Positions 43,088 through 53,875 of a stretch of DNA of 64,000 nt are shown piece after piece. This DNA is from an uncultured delta proteobacterium. GTDB lineage: Bacteria > Myxococcota_A > Polyangia > Fen-1088. The stretch lies in contig CAWCMR010000025.1 in the NCBI GenBank assembly GCA_963796685.1, forward strand, positions 736,001 to 800,000, read 5' to 3'. Within the stretch, counting starts at the first letter, position 1. The number at the start of each line of letters is the position of its first letter. The translations under genes were made by a program, and so were the position numbers. The notes beneath the pieces were generated by a model, which saw only the letters and a list, made by a program, of their open reading frames with translations, had not been told where the DNA came from and made no database searches.

Positions 43088-44170
43088 TCACCGGCGTGCC
43101 TCGCGCGCGAGCAGCTCGCGCTTGCGTGCGACGCCCCAGCGATAGCCCGCGAGCTTGCCGTCCGTCCGCACCACGCGATGGCACGGGATGGCCACCGCCA
43201 GCGCATTCGCCGCGCACGCCTGCGCGACCGCCCTCACGGCCTTGGGTGCACCGATGGCGCTGGCAACCTGCGAGTAGGTGGTGGTCGCGCCGGCGGGAAT
43301 CGCACGCAACGCCTGCCAGACGCGCTGCTGGAATGCCGTACCGCGGATGTCGAGCGGAAGCTTCGCGCTCGCTTGCGGCCTGTCCAGGAGGCCGACTACT
43401 TGGGCGACCAGACGCTCGAATGTGGCGTCGGCGCCGACGAGGCGGGCGCGCGGGAAGCGGCGTTCGAGCTCGTGCGCCAGCTCTTCGGGATCATCGCCCA
43501 TGAGGATCGCGCACACCCCCCGCTCGGTCGCTGCCACCAGGAGCGGGCCGAGCCAGCATTCCGCAAAGGCGAACCGTATGTCCATGTCCACGCCTCCCGC
43601 GCGATACTGCGAGGGCGTCATGCCCAGCATCTGATTCGACGTCTCGTAGAAGCGCCCATTGGAGTTGTAGCCGGCTCCGAAGATCGCCCGGGCGATCGTG
43701 CCGCCTTTGACCAGCTCGGCTCGTACGCGCTTCATGCGGTGGGCCGCCGCATAGGCCCTGGGTGTCACTCCCGTCACCGCCTTGAAGAGGCGTTGCACGT
43801 GGAAGAGACTCAGCCGCGCGCGGGCCGCCAGCGCGTCCAGCGTCGGCGTCTCCTCGCTGCTCTCGATGAACCTGCACAGGTCCGCGACCTGCGCCGCCTG
43901 GCGTTCGGCCAAGGGCGGCTGGTCCGGCTTGCAGTGCTTGCACGGACGAAAGCCTGCGCGCTCCGCGTCGGCGCGGGTCGGGTGGAAGGCAACATTTTCG
44001 GGTCTCGCGCGGCGAGCGGTGCAGGATGGACGGCAGTACACCCCCGTGCTCTTGACCGAGTAGAAGAATGCCCCGTCTGCCCGCGTATCGCGGGCCAGCA
44101 CGGCCGCCCACCTGGGGTCACTCGTCACGACAGCCGCCTGCGCCTGAGTATGGCCTTGCTTGCGATTCAC
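43088..44170 (-). CDS. ada: Ada bifunctional regulator / O6-methylguanine-DNA methyltransferase
   Basis: TGVYCRPSC, RPCKHC and IPCHRV motifs. Confidence 0.95.
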   Translation of the reverse strand: MNRKQGHTQAQAAVVTSDPRWAAVLARDTRADGAFFYSVKSTGVYCRPSCTARRARPENVAFHPTRADAERAGFRPCKHCKPDQPPLAERQAAQVADLCRFIESSEETPTLDALAARARLSLFHVQRLFKAVTGVTPRAYAAAHRMKRVRAELVKGGTIARAIFGAGYNSNGRFYETSNQMLGMTPSQYRAGGVDMDIRFAFAECWLGPLLVAATERGVCAILMGDDPEELAHELERRFPRARLVGADATFERLVAQVVGLLDRPQASAKLPLDIRGTAFQQRVWQALRAIPAGATTTYSQVASAIGAPKAVRAVAQACAANALAVAIPCHRVVRTDGKLAGYRWGVARKRELLAREARR

Positions 44171-44262
44171 GATCGTGAGACTACCCCGCCGCAATCCGTC
44201 CGGCACTCCGGCTCTTGCTTTGCAATTCACCGGGCCGGGGTGGAGAGGGCTGAGCGTTCGAC

Positions 44263-44661
44263 TCAGATCCGGTCCAAGACTCCGCGCAGCTTCCGGTCGA
44301 CTTCGTCGGCGATGGGCTTGATGGCCGGATTGCCGACCAGGCCGAACATGACGATGGGCCGCGGGGTCTGGACGTAGACCGCGCCGTCCTCGCCTTCGAA
44401 GATATCGACGTTGCAGGGAAGAAAAACCCCGACGGGCGGCTCGGCTTGCAAGGCCTTGTTCGCCAGCGGCGGGTTGCACGCGCCGAGAATGAGGTAGGGC
44501 TTGCGCTCGACCCCGAGCTTCTTCTTGAGCGTGGCCTGGATGTCGATCTCGGTCAGGACCCCGAACCCTTCGGTGGCCAATGCGTCGCGCACGCGCGCGG
44601 TCGCGTCGGCCATGGATGTTCCATCGAGTCGCTTGGTGTAGATATAGTCTCTCTCGTACAT
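44263..44661 (-). CDS. DUF302 protein
   Basis: GFGVLTEIDIQATLKKKL..ILGACNP..FLPCNV. Confidence 0.9.
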   Translation of the reverse strand: MYERDYIYTKRLDGTSMADATARVRDALATEGFGVLTEIDIQATLKKKLGVERKPYLILGACNPPLANKALQAEPPVGVFLPCNVDIFEGEDGAVYVQTPRPIVMFGLVGNPAIKPIADEVDRKLRGVLDRI

Positions 44662-44753
44662 CGCGTCCTCCCTCATCGTTGAAGTTGCATCATGGCACAG
44701 CCGGGTCGAGGTGGATGTCGCATAGCGGTCACGCCGTCCGCGCTTGCCACGAC

Positions 44754-45902
44754 TCACCGCTTCGCGTGCCCGCGCACGAGGCGTGTCGCGAGCGGGATGA
44801 AGCATGCGATTAGAACCGCGGTAGCCAAGTAGGGGGTGCGGAAGCCGCCCGTGAAAAGGACCGTGCCGACCAGCGGACCGAGGGTTCCGCCGGCATCGCC
44901 ACAGAGCTGCACCATGCCCACTGCCACGCCCCGCCGTTCGCCCGGAACGATGTCCCCGACGAGCGCGAGCAGCGAGGGACCGAGCGCGCCCCCGGCGATC
45001 CCCATGAGGCCGAGTCCCACGAACAACCCGGCCGCCGTCGGCACGAGCGCGGTGAGCACGAGCGCCGGCACAAGGGCGACGATCCCGGCGAGCGCGACGG
45101 GCGCGTGCATGCGATGGCGATCGCCCCAGCGCCCCGCAAGTGGCATCACGACGACCGACGAAACCACCATGACCCCCATGAGCAGGCTGGACGTACCCTG
45201 ATCGCCAAAACCGAGCAGGGAGACGGCACGCGCGTGCACCAGCAGGGTTACGGTGGTCAGCACCATGCCCTGGGTAGCGAAGGTCATGGCGAAAGTGAGC
45301 GCTCCGACGGTCAGCAGGCGCCTGTCTGCCATGGTCGCGAGCATCTCGGACCACGCCGAACGCTTGGGCAGGGTCACGCGCAGATCAGGGACCAACCACC
45401 ATGCAAGCAGTGCGGCGGCCAAGATGCCTGCCAGCGCGCTTTCGAAGGTCGCCGCGTTTCCGAAGCGGTCGGACACCACGCCGCCCGCGACCAGGCCGAG
45501 CGGAACGCCGATGCCCATAGCTGCACGCACGGTACCGGCGGTACGTCCGCCGTGGGCCGGCCCACCGGCGTGCAGCGCCAGCGCCTGGGCCGCGACGAAG
45601 ACACAGGCCGAGCCAGGTCCGTGCAGCAGTCGCCCGAGGAGAAAGAAGGTTCCCGGGTGGCCGGTCGTGATGCCGAGGGTATAGAGGCCCATGACCGCAA
45701 GCTGAATCACCAGGCCGACGATGAGCGTGCGCCGACCGCCCAGGCGATCGGTCATGGTGCCGACGAAGGGGCTCGACAGCACGCGCATGGCCCGGTTCGC
45801 CGCAAGGATCACGCCGATGAAGGGCAAGGGCAGACCGGCCTGCACCCCGACGATGGGCAAGATGGGGAACGCGATGCCCCCGGCCATGCCCGCGAGCAGC
45901 AC
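44754..45902 (-). CDS. MFS transporter (start uncertain)
   Basis: About 12 TM segments; GTMTDRLGGR motif A. Confidence 0.9.
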   Translation of the reverse strand: MLLAGMAGGIAFPILPIVGVQAGLPLPFIGVILAANRAMRVLSSPFVGTMTDRLGGRRTLIVGLVIQLAVMGLYTLGITTGHPGTFFLLGRLLHGPGSACVFVAAQALALHAGGPAHGGRTAGTVRAAMGIGVPLGLVAGGVVSDRFGNAATFESALAGILAAALLAWWLVPDLRVTLPKRSAWSEMLATMADRRLLTVGALTFAMTFATQGMVLTTVTLLVHARAVSLLGFGDQGTSSLLMGVMVVSSVVVMPLAGRWGDRHRMHAPVALAGIVALVPALVLTALVPTAAGLFVGLGLMGIAGGALGPSLLALVGDIVPGERRGVAVGMVQLCGDAGGTLGPLVGTVLFTGGFRTPYLATAVLIACFIPLATRLVRGHAKR

Positions 45903-46179
45903 GCCCGGCGCGATGGCGAGAGACGCTCGCCGCGCCGCGGACAGCTCGGGCGTGTCGCTCAGGGAAGCACCTGCGCGAACGCTTCCGCAATCATCGCCGT
46001 GCCCCGGCGCGGGAACACGAAGACGGCCGAGCTCGTCGGATCAATGGATAGGTCTTCCGATCGTTTGTCGCTCACGATTCTTCTCGTCCCTGGGAGTGTA
46101 GCTTGAGCCGAGCGGAGCGCCTACGACCTATTGCGAACGCGTTCCTCGCGGCCTATTCCCACGGCTGCTGGCGCCGCCC

Positions 46180-46911
46180 TCAGTCGCGCCTTCGGCCGCC
46201 GAAGATGCGCAGGAGCATGAGGAAGAGATTGATGAAGTCGAGATAGAGGATGAGCGCGCCTTGCAGGGCCAGCTTGGTGGCCGCCTCGCCCTCGCCGGCT
46301 TGCGCCCCCAGTGCCTTGAGCTTGGCGGTGTCGTAGGCCGTGAGTCCGGTGAACACGACGACCCCGGCGAACGTCGTCAGCCAGTACAGCATGGGGCTGC
46401 CGAGGAAAATGTTGACGATGGAGGCGAGGATGAGTCCCCAAAGGCCCATCATGCAGAAGCTGCCGATGCTGGACAGGTCGCGCTTGGTGGTCGCTCCGTA
46501 CACCGAGAGTCCGGCGAACATGCCGCCGGTGACGAGGAACGTGCTTCCGATGGATCCAGCGGTGTAGCGCAGGAAAATGAACGAGAAGGTCACCCCGCTA
46601 AGTGCCGCGTAGCCGAAGAACATGGCCGCCGCCGTGCCGGCGCTGACCCGCGCCGCCACCCGCGCGAAAGCGAGCACCAACAGCAGCTCGGCGATGAGCA
46701 GCGCGGGAAAGACCAGCGCGTTTCCATACACGACGGCCAGCGCACTCGGGCTCGACGCCACGACCAGGGCGACCAAGCCGGTGGCCCCAAGCCCGAGGCT
46801 CATGAAGAAGTGAACCCTTTGCAGGAAGGTCCGCGATGCCTCGGCGCTCAGCGTGCCGAAGCTTGTCCTGGCTGCGCCAACTCTTGTCGGATTGGTTCCT
46901 ACCCATGCCAT
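46180..46911 (-). CDS. Bax inhibitor-1/YccA family membrane protein
   Basis: GLTAYDT..GALILYLDFINLFL. Confidence 0.92.
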   Translation of the reverse strand: MAWVGTNPTRVGAARTSFGTLSAEASRTFLQRVHFFMSLGLGATGLVALVVASSPSALAVVYGNALVFPALLIAELLLVLAFARVAARVSAGTAAAMFFGYAALSGVTFSFIFLRYTAGSIGSTFLVTGGMFAGLSVYGATTKRDLSSIGSFCMMGLWGLILASIVNIFLGSPMLYWLTTFAGVVVFTGLTAYDTAKLKALGAQAGEGEAATKLALQGALILYLDFINLFLMLLRIFGGRRRD

Positions 46912-46988
46912 ACCGCTCTCCTTACCACCTCATTGGCCGGAATCCACCTCCTTGGGGGACTACCGGCCGCTGCAAAACCCGTAGCGCC

Positions 46989-48296
46989 CTACGAGCGCAC
47001 GAAGGCGTCGTAGATGGCGCGCAGGCCTTTGCCGAGATCGGCGGCATCCACGCCGACGATGATCGAAATCTCGGACGCGCCCTGGTCGATGATGCGCACA
47101 TTGACGCCGGCGCTGGCGAGCGCGGTGAACAGGCGCGACGACACCCCGATTCGGCGCGACATACCGTGGCCCACGGTGGCGATGAGGGCGAGGTTGCGCT
47201 CGACCTCGATGGCGTCCGGCTCGCAGGCGTTGCGGATCTCTTGCAGCACCACGTCCTCGACCGGCTCGAAGTTCTTCTGGTCGATGACCACGCACATCGA
47301 ATCGATGCCCGAGGGCGACAGCTCGTAGCTGATGCCCTTGGTTTCCAAGATACCGAGCACACGGCGACCGAAGCCGCGCTCTTTGTTCATCAGGGTCTTT
47401 TCGATCTGCAGCAGGCAGAAGCCGCTGCGCCCGGCGACGCCGGCGATGGGCCGATCCGCGGCCTGATTTTCAGGGACGATGAGCGTGCCCTTGGCCGCCG
47501 GGTCGTTGGTGTTGGCGATGCGAATGGGAATGCCGACCTGCTTGCACGGCAGGATGGCTTCCTCGTGAAAGACATTGGCGCCCGAGTAGGCCAGCTCGCG
47601 CAGCTCGCGGTAGGTCACGCGCTCCATGGGCGCGGCGTCGGGCACGATGCGCGGGTCGGTCATCAAAAGCCCAGAAACGTCGGTCCAGTTTTCGTACAAG
47701 CTGGCGGACGCGGCGCGAGCCAGGATGGCGCCCGAGATGTCCGACCCGCCACGCGAGAAGGTCTTGACCTTGCCCTGCGGTCCGGTTCCGTAGAAACCGG
47801 GCAGCACGTAGAAGCCCTGCGCGGGCAGGCGCGGCGGCAAGTCCTTCCAGGTGCGCTCGTCGACCAAGCCGTTCGAGGTCAGGAACACGGCGCCCTCGGC
47901 CTCGACGAAGGTACCGCCGAGAAAGGCCGCCATGATACGGGCCGAAAAGTGCTCGCCGCGCGAGGCGATCCAGTCGCGATCTGCACCCGCGCGCACCGCC
48001 TTCTCGAAATCGTCCAGCAGCGGCGCCACGCCGGCGATCACGCCCAAGTCGCTTTCGATTTCCAGGAAGCGCCCGCGCAAGAGAGCCAGCGACGGCCCCG
48101 GATCCATATCGCGCGCGACCATCTCGTGGATGGAGAGAAGGATGTCCGTGACCTTGGGATCCTGCTTGTGCCGCTTGCCGGGGGCCGACACCACCACGGC
48201 GCGCCGATGGGCGTCGGCCTTGATGATGGACGCCACCTTGCGGAACTGGGCCGCGTCGGCGAGCGAGGTTCCCCCGAATTTGCAGGCAATGGTCAT
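46989..48296 (-). CDS. Aspartate kinase
   Basis: KFGGTSLA, VVSAPGK and TFSRGGSD motifs; ACT domains. Confidence 0.95.
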   Translation of the reverse strand: MTIACKFGGTSLADAAQFRKVASIIKADAHRRAVVVSAPGKRHKQDPKVTDILLSIHEMVARDMDPGPSLALLRGRFLEIESDLGVIAGVAPLLDDFEKAVRAGADRDWIASRGEHFSARIMAAFLGGTFVEAEGAVFLTSNGLVDERTWKDLPPRLPAQGFYVLPGFYGTGPQGKVKTFSRGGSDISGAILARAASASLYENWTDVSGLLMTDPRIVPDAAPMERVTYRELRELAYSGANVFHEEAILPCKQVGIPIRIANTNDPAAKGTLIVPENQAADRPIAGVAGRSGFCLLQIEKTLMNKERGFGRRVLGILETKGISYELSPSGIDSMCVVIDQKNFEPVEDVVLQEIRNACEPDAIEVERNLALIATVGHGMSRRIGVSSRLFTALASAGVNVRIIDQGASEISIIVGVDAADLGKGLRAIYDAFVRS

Positions 48297-48428
48297 GGTG
48301 CTCCTTGAAACGAACGTGTTCCCACTACTTCCCCGATCTGCAAATTCAGATCAAGCACTAAGCAGCCGCGAAAAGGCAAGAGAGCGCCGACCCCTGGCAA
48401 GACTCGAACCTTGCGCTAGCCTTCGTGC

Positions 48429-48956
48429 ATGCATTCGTCGAAGCCAACGTCCACCGAATATGCGCCCTACTTCGCCCGCTACATCGACCTGGTGGCCGAG
48501 GGCGAATTCACCGCGGCGCTGGCCGGCCAACCAGGAGAGTTTCGTGCGCTCCTGGGCAAGCTTTCGCCCAAGCAGGCGGGTTTCCGCTACGCGCCCGAGA
48601 AGTGGAGCATTCGCGAGGTCCTGGGTCACGTGATCGACGCCGAGCGGGTGTTCGGTTATCGGGCGCTTTGCATCGCGCGCGGGGAGACCGCATCCCTGCC
48701 CAGCTTCGACGAGAAGGCCTACGCCGCACACGCCGGTCACGACGGCTGCGCATTGCCGGATCTTCTCGAGGAATTCGTACACGTCCGGCGCGGCCACGTT
48801 GCCCTGTTCGAGCATCTGACCACGACCGCCTGGGAGCGCGCAGGCACCGTGAACCAAAATCCCATCTCGGTGCGCGGCCTCGCGTACATCATGACCGGGC
48901 ACGCGCGACACCACGCCGGAATCCTGCGCGAACGCTACGCCGCAAGCGGCTTGTAA
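48429..48956 (+). CDS. DinB family protein
   Basis: YAPEKWSIREVLGH..GHARHH. Confidence 0.9.
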   Translation: MHSSKPTSTEYAPYFARYIDLVAEGEFTAALAGQPGEFRALLGKLSPKQAGFRYAPEKWSIREVLGHVIDAERVFGYRALCIARGETASLPSFDEKAYAAHAGHDGCALPDLLEEFVHVRRGHVALFEHLTTTAWERAGTVNQNPISVRGLAYIMTGHARHHAGILRERYAASGL

Positions 48957-49021
48957 CGGCCTGGGGGCCGGCCCGGTAGAGTCTCGTTGCCGCCAAACCA
49001 TCCGTCCAGGCCACCGTGGGC

Positions 49022-49618
49022 CTACCGCCAACTTGGGACGCGGCCGCGGAACCAGCCCGCGATGCTGTGGCGGGGTTTCTTCGCGACCAGCACCTCGTGC
49101 GGAAACTGCTCGCTTAGGAATAGAACCAAGAGGCCTGGCTTGGGCAGAATGGTGGCGATGGCGCTCTGGGTGCCGGCCTGGTAAAGAAGCAGCTCGCCGC
49201 CGTCGGCCGGGGCCCATTCGTCGTGGAGGTAGACGACCGTCGACAATACGCGGTTCTTCTGGCCGCTCAGCGTGTCCAGATGCCTATCGTAATGGGCGCC
49301 GACACCATAGATCGCGTAGTGGCATTCGTAGTCGAGCAATCCCAGGAAAAGCCGCTGGTTGAGGCCGAGACGCAACTCTTCCATCTCGGTCAGAAACACA
49401 TGGTCGGCGGTCTTGCCGTCATCGAGCCAGCGGATGACGTCGCCCCGGATGCCGGTGCGGTGCGTTCTCTGCGCGCCCCTTCCCACGCCAGCGGGCGCGA
49501 AGGCCGCGCTTTCGCGGCAGCCATCGTCGAGACGGGCGCGCACCGCGGGCGGAAGCCAACCCTCGACAGCCGCAAGGCCTCCGGAGCGAAGCTCACCTGC
49601 GATGGCATCGACATCCAT
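49022..49618 (-). CDS. 2OG-Fe(II) oxygenase
   Basis: IRGDVIRW, HLD, PHEV and R.SIAGWF motifs. Confidence 0.9.
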   Translation of the reverse strand: MDVDAIAGELRSGGLAAVEGWLPPAVRARLDDGCRESAAFAPAGVGRGAQRTHRTGIRGDVIRWLDDGKTADHVFLTEMEELRLGLNQRLFLGLLDYECHYAIYGVGAHYDRHLDTLSGQKNRVLSTVVYLHDEWAPADGGELLLYQAGTQSAIATILPKPGLLVLFLSEQFPHEVLVAKKPRHSIAGWFRGRVPSWR

Positions 49619-49683
49619 GATCCCGCGACTATCCCACGGCCGCGTCCGATGCGCTTGTCAGCATTGGGCGCTACACTGTCACC

Positions 49684-50037
49684 ATGAACGCCATCCAGCC
49701 CCTGACCCAAGACCAGCTCGGTGCCTTGCTGAGCGAAGGCGAATTCCCCGAAAGCGTTCGCCTGGCCGCGCCCAAGGTGGTGGTGGTCATGACCCAGGAC
49801 TGGTGTGGACAATGGGCCAACATGGCGTCCTATCTGCCCGACTTCGTCGACCAGGCCGCGATCTTCACCGTCGAGTACAACCTGCTGCCCGACTTCGAGC
49901 GCATCATGAGCTTCAAGGAAACAGTGTTCAACAACGGTCAAGTGCCCTACGTTCGCTTCTATTGCGAGGGAAAGCTGGTGCGCCAATCCAATTGGCTACC
50001 GCGCGCGTCGTTTGCGGCCATGCTCGGGCGCGAGTAG
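49684..50037 (+). CDS. Thioredoxin-fold-like protein
   Basis: TQDWCGQW (single Cys) and VPYVRFY. Confidence 0.7.
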   Translation: MNAIQPLTQDQLGALLSEGEFPESVRLAAPKVVVVMTQDWCGQWANMASYLPDFVDQAAIFTVEYNLLPDFERIMSFKETVFNNGQVPYVRFYCEGKLVRQSNWLPRASFAAMLGRE

Positions 50038-50399
50038 TCGCGTCGAGGGAGTCGACGTGCCGGGCGTGCTCGAGCAATCCACGACCGAAGAGCCATCGTG
50101 GTAGAAGCCCGTGGAGTGAGCGTTCGACTTCTCGTGTGCCGACGGACCGTTGCTCTCGCCGGGCTGTCTTGCCTCGCGCTCCTGCAGCCTCGCCTGGCGC
50201 AGGCGCAGGCAGAGGAGCTTCCTCCCGAGCTGGCGGCCGACCAGGACGTGCCTGCACCGGCACGACCAGCACAGGCATCGAGCCCGGCGACGGTGGCGCC
50301 CCGGCCGCCATCCCAGCCGGTGCCCGCTCCCAACCATCGGCCGACAATCTCGTTCGTGCCTTACCAATGAACGGGACTCCAGAGCCCGTCGAGAGACGA

Positions 50400-52154
50400 C
50401 TACTGAACGTTCGTCTGGCACCAGGTGCGGTCGTCGCACCAGGGAACGGTGCCGTCCGACGTCTGGCAGGTGGTGGAGGCGGTCAGCGAGCCGATGTAAT
50501 AGATGAGCTGGCCGTCGCGCATCTTGTCCAGACTGGTGTAGGACTTGTCGGCGCTGTTGATGTCCATATCGAAACGAATGGTACTACCGGCGCTCGGGGC
50601 AGCGCCCGGCCAAGGTAGCAGGGCCTCGATGGCATAGCCCGCGCTGGTCGTCGCCTGGGCGTATTGCGTGGTCGGCAGCGCGGTCGGGGTACCCGAGCTG
50701 GCTGTGTCCTTTAGCGATGCGGCAGGGCCATTGGCGGGAATGATGATGTGGAGCGCGTTGCTGTCGCTCGAGGTGAGCCCGGTGACGTTGTTGTTGGACG
50801 TGACGAAGAGCTCGATGGAATCGCCCAGGTAGGCCTTGCTGAGGGCCTGCGTAGGGTCCGCCATGTTGACGGTTTGCACGCTCGAATCCTGGACGTCGAC
50901 GAAGACGTGGAGGCCGGCCGAATCCCATGCGATGCGCGCGGTGGCGCTTTCGAATTGGGAGGTGGGCACGTTGTTGTAGTTGAGCACCTTGGCCGCGTTC
51001 TGGGCATTGAGCACGAAGTAAGGCAGTCCGCACATCTCGCTGCCGCTGCCATCCAACGTCTGCGTGCCGCTGAACTTGGGAACACCCGACTTACAGGGAT
51101 CGCTGGTAGTACCGCCACTGCAGGATCCGCCACCACCGTCGCGGACCGAATCCGGCGCGTCGGAGAGGCCGCCGTCGCGGACCGGCACGCCACCGCAACT
51201 GGCAACGGCACCGCGGACCGAGCAGGGCTTGCTCGCACTGCAGGTCGTGAAATTGTCGAACCCATCTCCGGTCGCATTGCACGAGGCAACGTTGGTGCCG
51301 CTGCATGCGGACTGGGTCGAATCACACACGTCGGGCACGCAGGAGGCCGAGACGCCGGGCTGGCAATACCATGACGCCGGACAGTCAGACGTTGACAGGC
51401 ACTGCACGCATGCGGAGTTCGAGGTGTCGCAGACCATGCCGAGGGAGCTGCAGTCGCGACTCGATGTGCAGGCGGTCCTGCACACGTTGCGAACGCAGCG
51501 CATGTTGCTGGAACCACATTGGCTGTCCACCACGCAGTCGATGCACACGTTGTTCGCGGTATCGCAAAGCCCGGGCGTGCAGTCGCTGTTGTATTTGCAG
51601 GTCGCCAAGGCCACGCACTTGTTGTTGTTGCAGGACTGTCCCGTGGGGCAATCCGACGAGGCCACGCATTGAACGCACACCCCGCGCGACGGGTCACAAA
51701 CCGGATCGCTGGAACAGTCGGCTTTGCTGCTGCAGGGCGTGAAGGTGACGCAGCGGTTGCCGAAGCAATGACCGCCCGACGGACAGTCCCCCGTCTTCAC
51801 GCATGGAACGCAAAGCTTCGTCGCGGGCTCGCAGACCTGCCCGCTCGCAGCACAATCGGAGTCGGCCGTGCAAGGGAGGTTGGTTGGCATGGACCCACCC
51901 GATCCGCTCGTTCCGCCACCCGCCGTGCCACCGCTCGACGAGCCGGCATCCCCGCCTGATCCCACGGGATCTCCGCCGCTGCCTGAGCTGCCGCCACTCT
52001 CCGAAACCCCGCCCGATCCTCCAGCGCTGCCCGGGCCTCCGTCCTGCAGCGGGCCGGGGCGGGTGCGCACGCACGAGGCGGCCCCCAGCGCCAGCACGCA
52101 AACAAGCCCAAGCAGAAGCTTCTGATCAGGAGAATGGGGATGTCCGTGGATCAT
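50400..52154 (-). CDS. Cys-rich lipoprotein with C-terminal CBM9/DOMON-like sugar-binding domain
   Basis: Lipobox AASC, Gly/Ser linker, repeated CVxCxxxxDC units, AWD..LHVFVDVQD..GDSIELF. Confidence 0.8.
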   Translation of the reverse strand: MIHGHPHSPDQKLLLGLVCVLALGAASCVRTRPGPLQDGGPGSAGGSGGVSESGGSSGSGGDPVGSGGDAGSSSGGTAGGGTSGSGGSMPTNLPCTADSDCAASGQVCEPATKLCVPCVKTGDCPSGGHCFGNRCVTFTPCSSKADCSSDPVCDPSRGVCVQCVASSDCPTGQSCNNNKCVALATCKYNSDCTPGLCDTANNVCIDCVVDSQCGSSNMRCVRNVCRTACTSSRDCSSLGMVCDTSNSACVQCLSTSDCPASWYCQPGVSASCVPDVCDSTQSACSGTNVASCNATGDGFDNFTTCSASKPCSVRGAVASCGGVPVRDGGLSDAPDSVRDGGGGSCSGGTTSDPCKSGVPKFSGTQTLDGSGSEMCGLPYFVLNAQNAAKVLNYNNVPTSQFESATARIAWDSAGLHVFVDVQDSSVQTVNMADPTQALSKAYLGDSIELFVTSNNNVTGLTSSDSNALHIIIPANGPAASLKDTASSGTPTALPTTQYAQATTSAGYAIEALLPWPGAAPSAGSTIRFDMDINSADKSYTSLDKMRDGQLIYYIGSLTASTTCQTSDGTVPWCDDRTWCQTNVQ

Positions 52155-52313
52155 GAATCTCGCCGTAACCACCTGGGCGGGAGCGGGACGTATAGTACCT
52201 ACCTCGCATCGCGCCTGTCGATGGTAATTTCCGTGGCAGGGCAATGTCGGGCGAGGCGAAGGCACCGAATCGCGCATGGAGACGTTGCTGACTCCCATCG
52301 CGTGGGCGTCAGG

Positions 52314-52679
52314 TCACATCTGCGAGGGACCGCGCCTGGGCAGGGACTGGAGACGGCGTGCGGCCATGAAAGTGGCGTACTCTTGGGGGCCGAGCGCGCG
52401 GATCTTGTCTATGCACGCGGCGCGGTTGGAATGGAAGAGCAGGCCGAAAAGCTTGGCAATGACATTGTTGAATTTGCGGCAGGCGCGCGGATCGCGAGGT
52501 GCTTCGCAGTCGGCGCAGCTTGCATAACCGTGCTCTTGGCAACAGCTGCGCACCTTGCACCAGGCGGCCTTGGCGTTGTGGTGACATCCCGGGCAAGCGC
52601 CCTTGAGAAACCTGCGGCACGCCCCACAGTACAGACCACAGCGGGCAATGAGGTCGACCTCGGCACGAATCGCTTCCAT
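52314..52679 (-). CDS. DUF3795 Cys-rich protein
   Basis: CGLYCGAC..CPGC..CKVRSCC..CADC. Confidence 0.88.
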   Translation of the reverse strand: MEAIRAEVDLIARCGLYCGACRRFLKGACPGCHHNAKAAWCKVRSCCQEHGYASCADCEAPRDPRACRKFNNVIAKLFGLLFHSNRAACIDKIRALGPQEYATFMAARRLQSLPRRGPSQM

Positions 52680-52736
52680 GGCGTCTCCTGGTATTGCTAC
52701 TGCTACGCCAAACCGGACCCGCTCGCAAGACACCTG

Positions 52737-53874
52737 CTACGGGTCGTCGTGAACCCTCGAATGGTCGTTGGGGAATCGCACCGGCTCCTTGCGCGCCAGC
52801 GCCTCGAGGCGGTCGACGATGGCTTGCGCGGCTCGTGGCCGGGCGAGGCCGCGCATGGCCGCGCTCATCGCGGCCCGTTTCGCGCCGTCCTTCGCCAGGT
52901 CGGCCACGGCCATCGCCAAATCCTCGGCACGGGTGGTGCTTTGATCGAGAACCAACGCCGCGCCGACGCTGGCGAAGCGGGCGGCATTCCTGCGCTGGTG
53001 ATCGTCGGCGGCCGTGGGCAATGGGATGAGAATGGCCGGTCTACCCGCGATGGCGAGCTCGGCCAACGTCAACGCCCCGGCGCGCGCGACCACGAGATCG
53101 GCGTCGGCATAGGCGGCCGCCATGTCCTCGATGAACGCCTTCGCCACCACGCGATCCGCGAGCCCTGACTGGCGGTAGCGCTCCTCGATGCGCTGGAGAT
53201 CCGCGGCCCCGGTCTGGTGGACCAGGGAGAAATCCAGAAGCTCCCGTGGACAGGGCGACGGCGGCGGCCGTCACGAGATCGCTCACCGCCCGCGCGCCCT
53301 GGCTGCCACCCACCACCAGGATGCGCACCTTGCCCGGCGCCGCTTCCGCCGCGACCGCGCGCTCCAGCGCGGCCACGATCTTGTGGCGCACGGGATTGCC
53401 GAGGCGTTCGAGCTTGCGCGCGGGAAAGAAGCGAGCCGCGTCTTCGAAGGCGATGAAGATCGCGCGCACCAGGCGGCCAAGCACGCGGTTGGTGATGCCC
53501 GGCACGCTGTTTTGTTCTTGAATCGCCGTCCGGTAGCCGAGCAGCGCGGCGGCGAGCACCATCGGTCCCGAGGCGTAGCCGCCCACGCCCAGCACCACCT
53601 CGGGCTTGAACCGACGCAAGATGGCCATCGACCGGACCATCGCAAGCGGCACGCGAACCAGACCGCGGAGGGTGCCGACGACGCCCATGCGCTTGAGCCC
53701 GCTGACCTCCAGGGTTTCGAGCGCGTAGCCTGCGGCCGGCACGGCGCGCGTCTCGATGCCGCGGCTCGTGCCCACGAAGAGAATTTCGCCGCCGCGCCGG
53801 CTCGCCTCGTCGGCGACGGCGATGCCCGGGAAGAGGTGACCGCCGGTTCCGCCGCCCGCGACGAGCAAGCGCAC
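52737..53874 (-). CDS. murG: MurG glycosyltransferase (frameshift at ~53245)
   Basis: GGGTGGHLFP, GGYAS, GGSQGA, RAGALT and HQRRNA motifs. Confidence 0.95.
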
Positions 53875-53875
53875 G

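Noticed and set aside
50098-50370. Short signal-peptide, Pro-rich ORF
   Set aside because: Possibly a truncated secreted-protein gene, but it has no recognisable domain to support a call.
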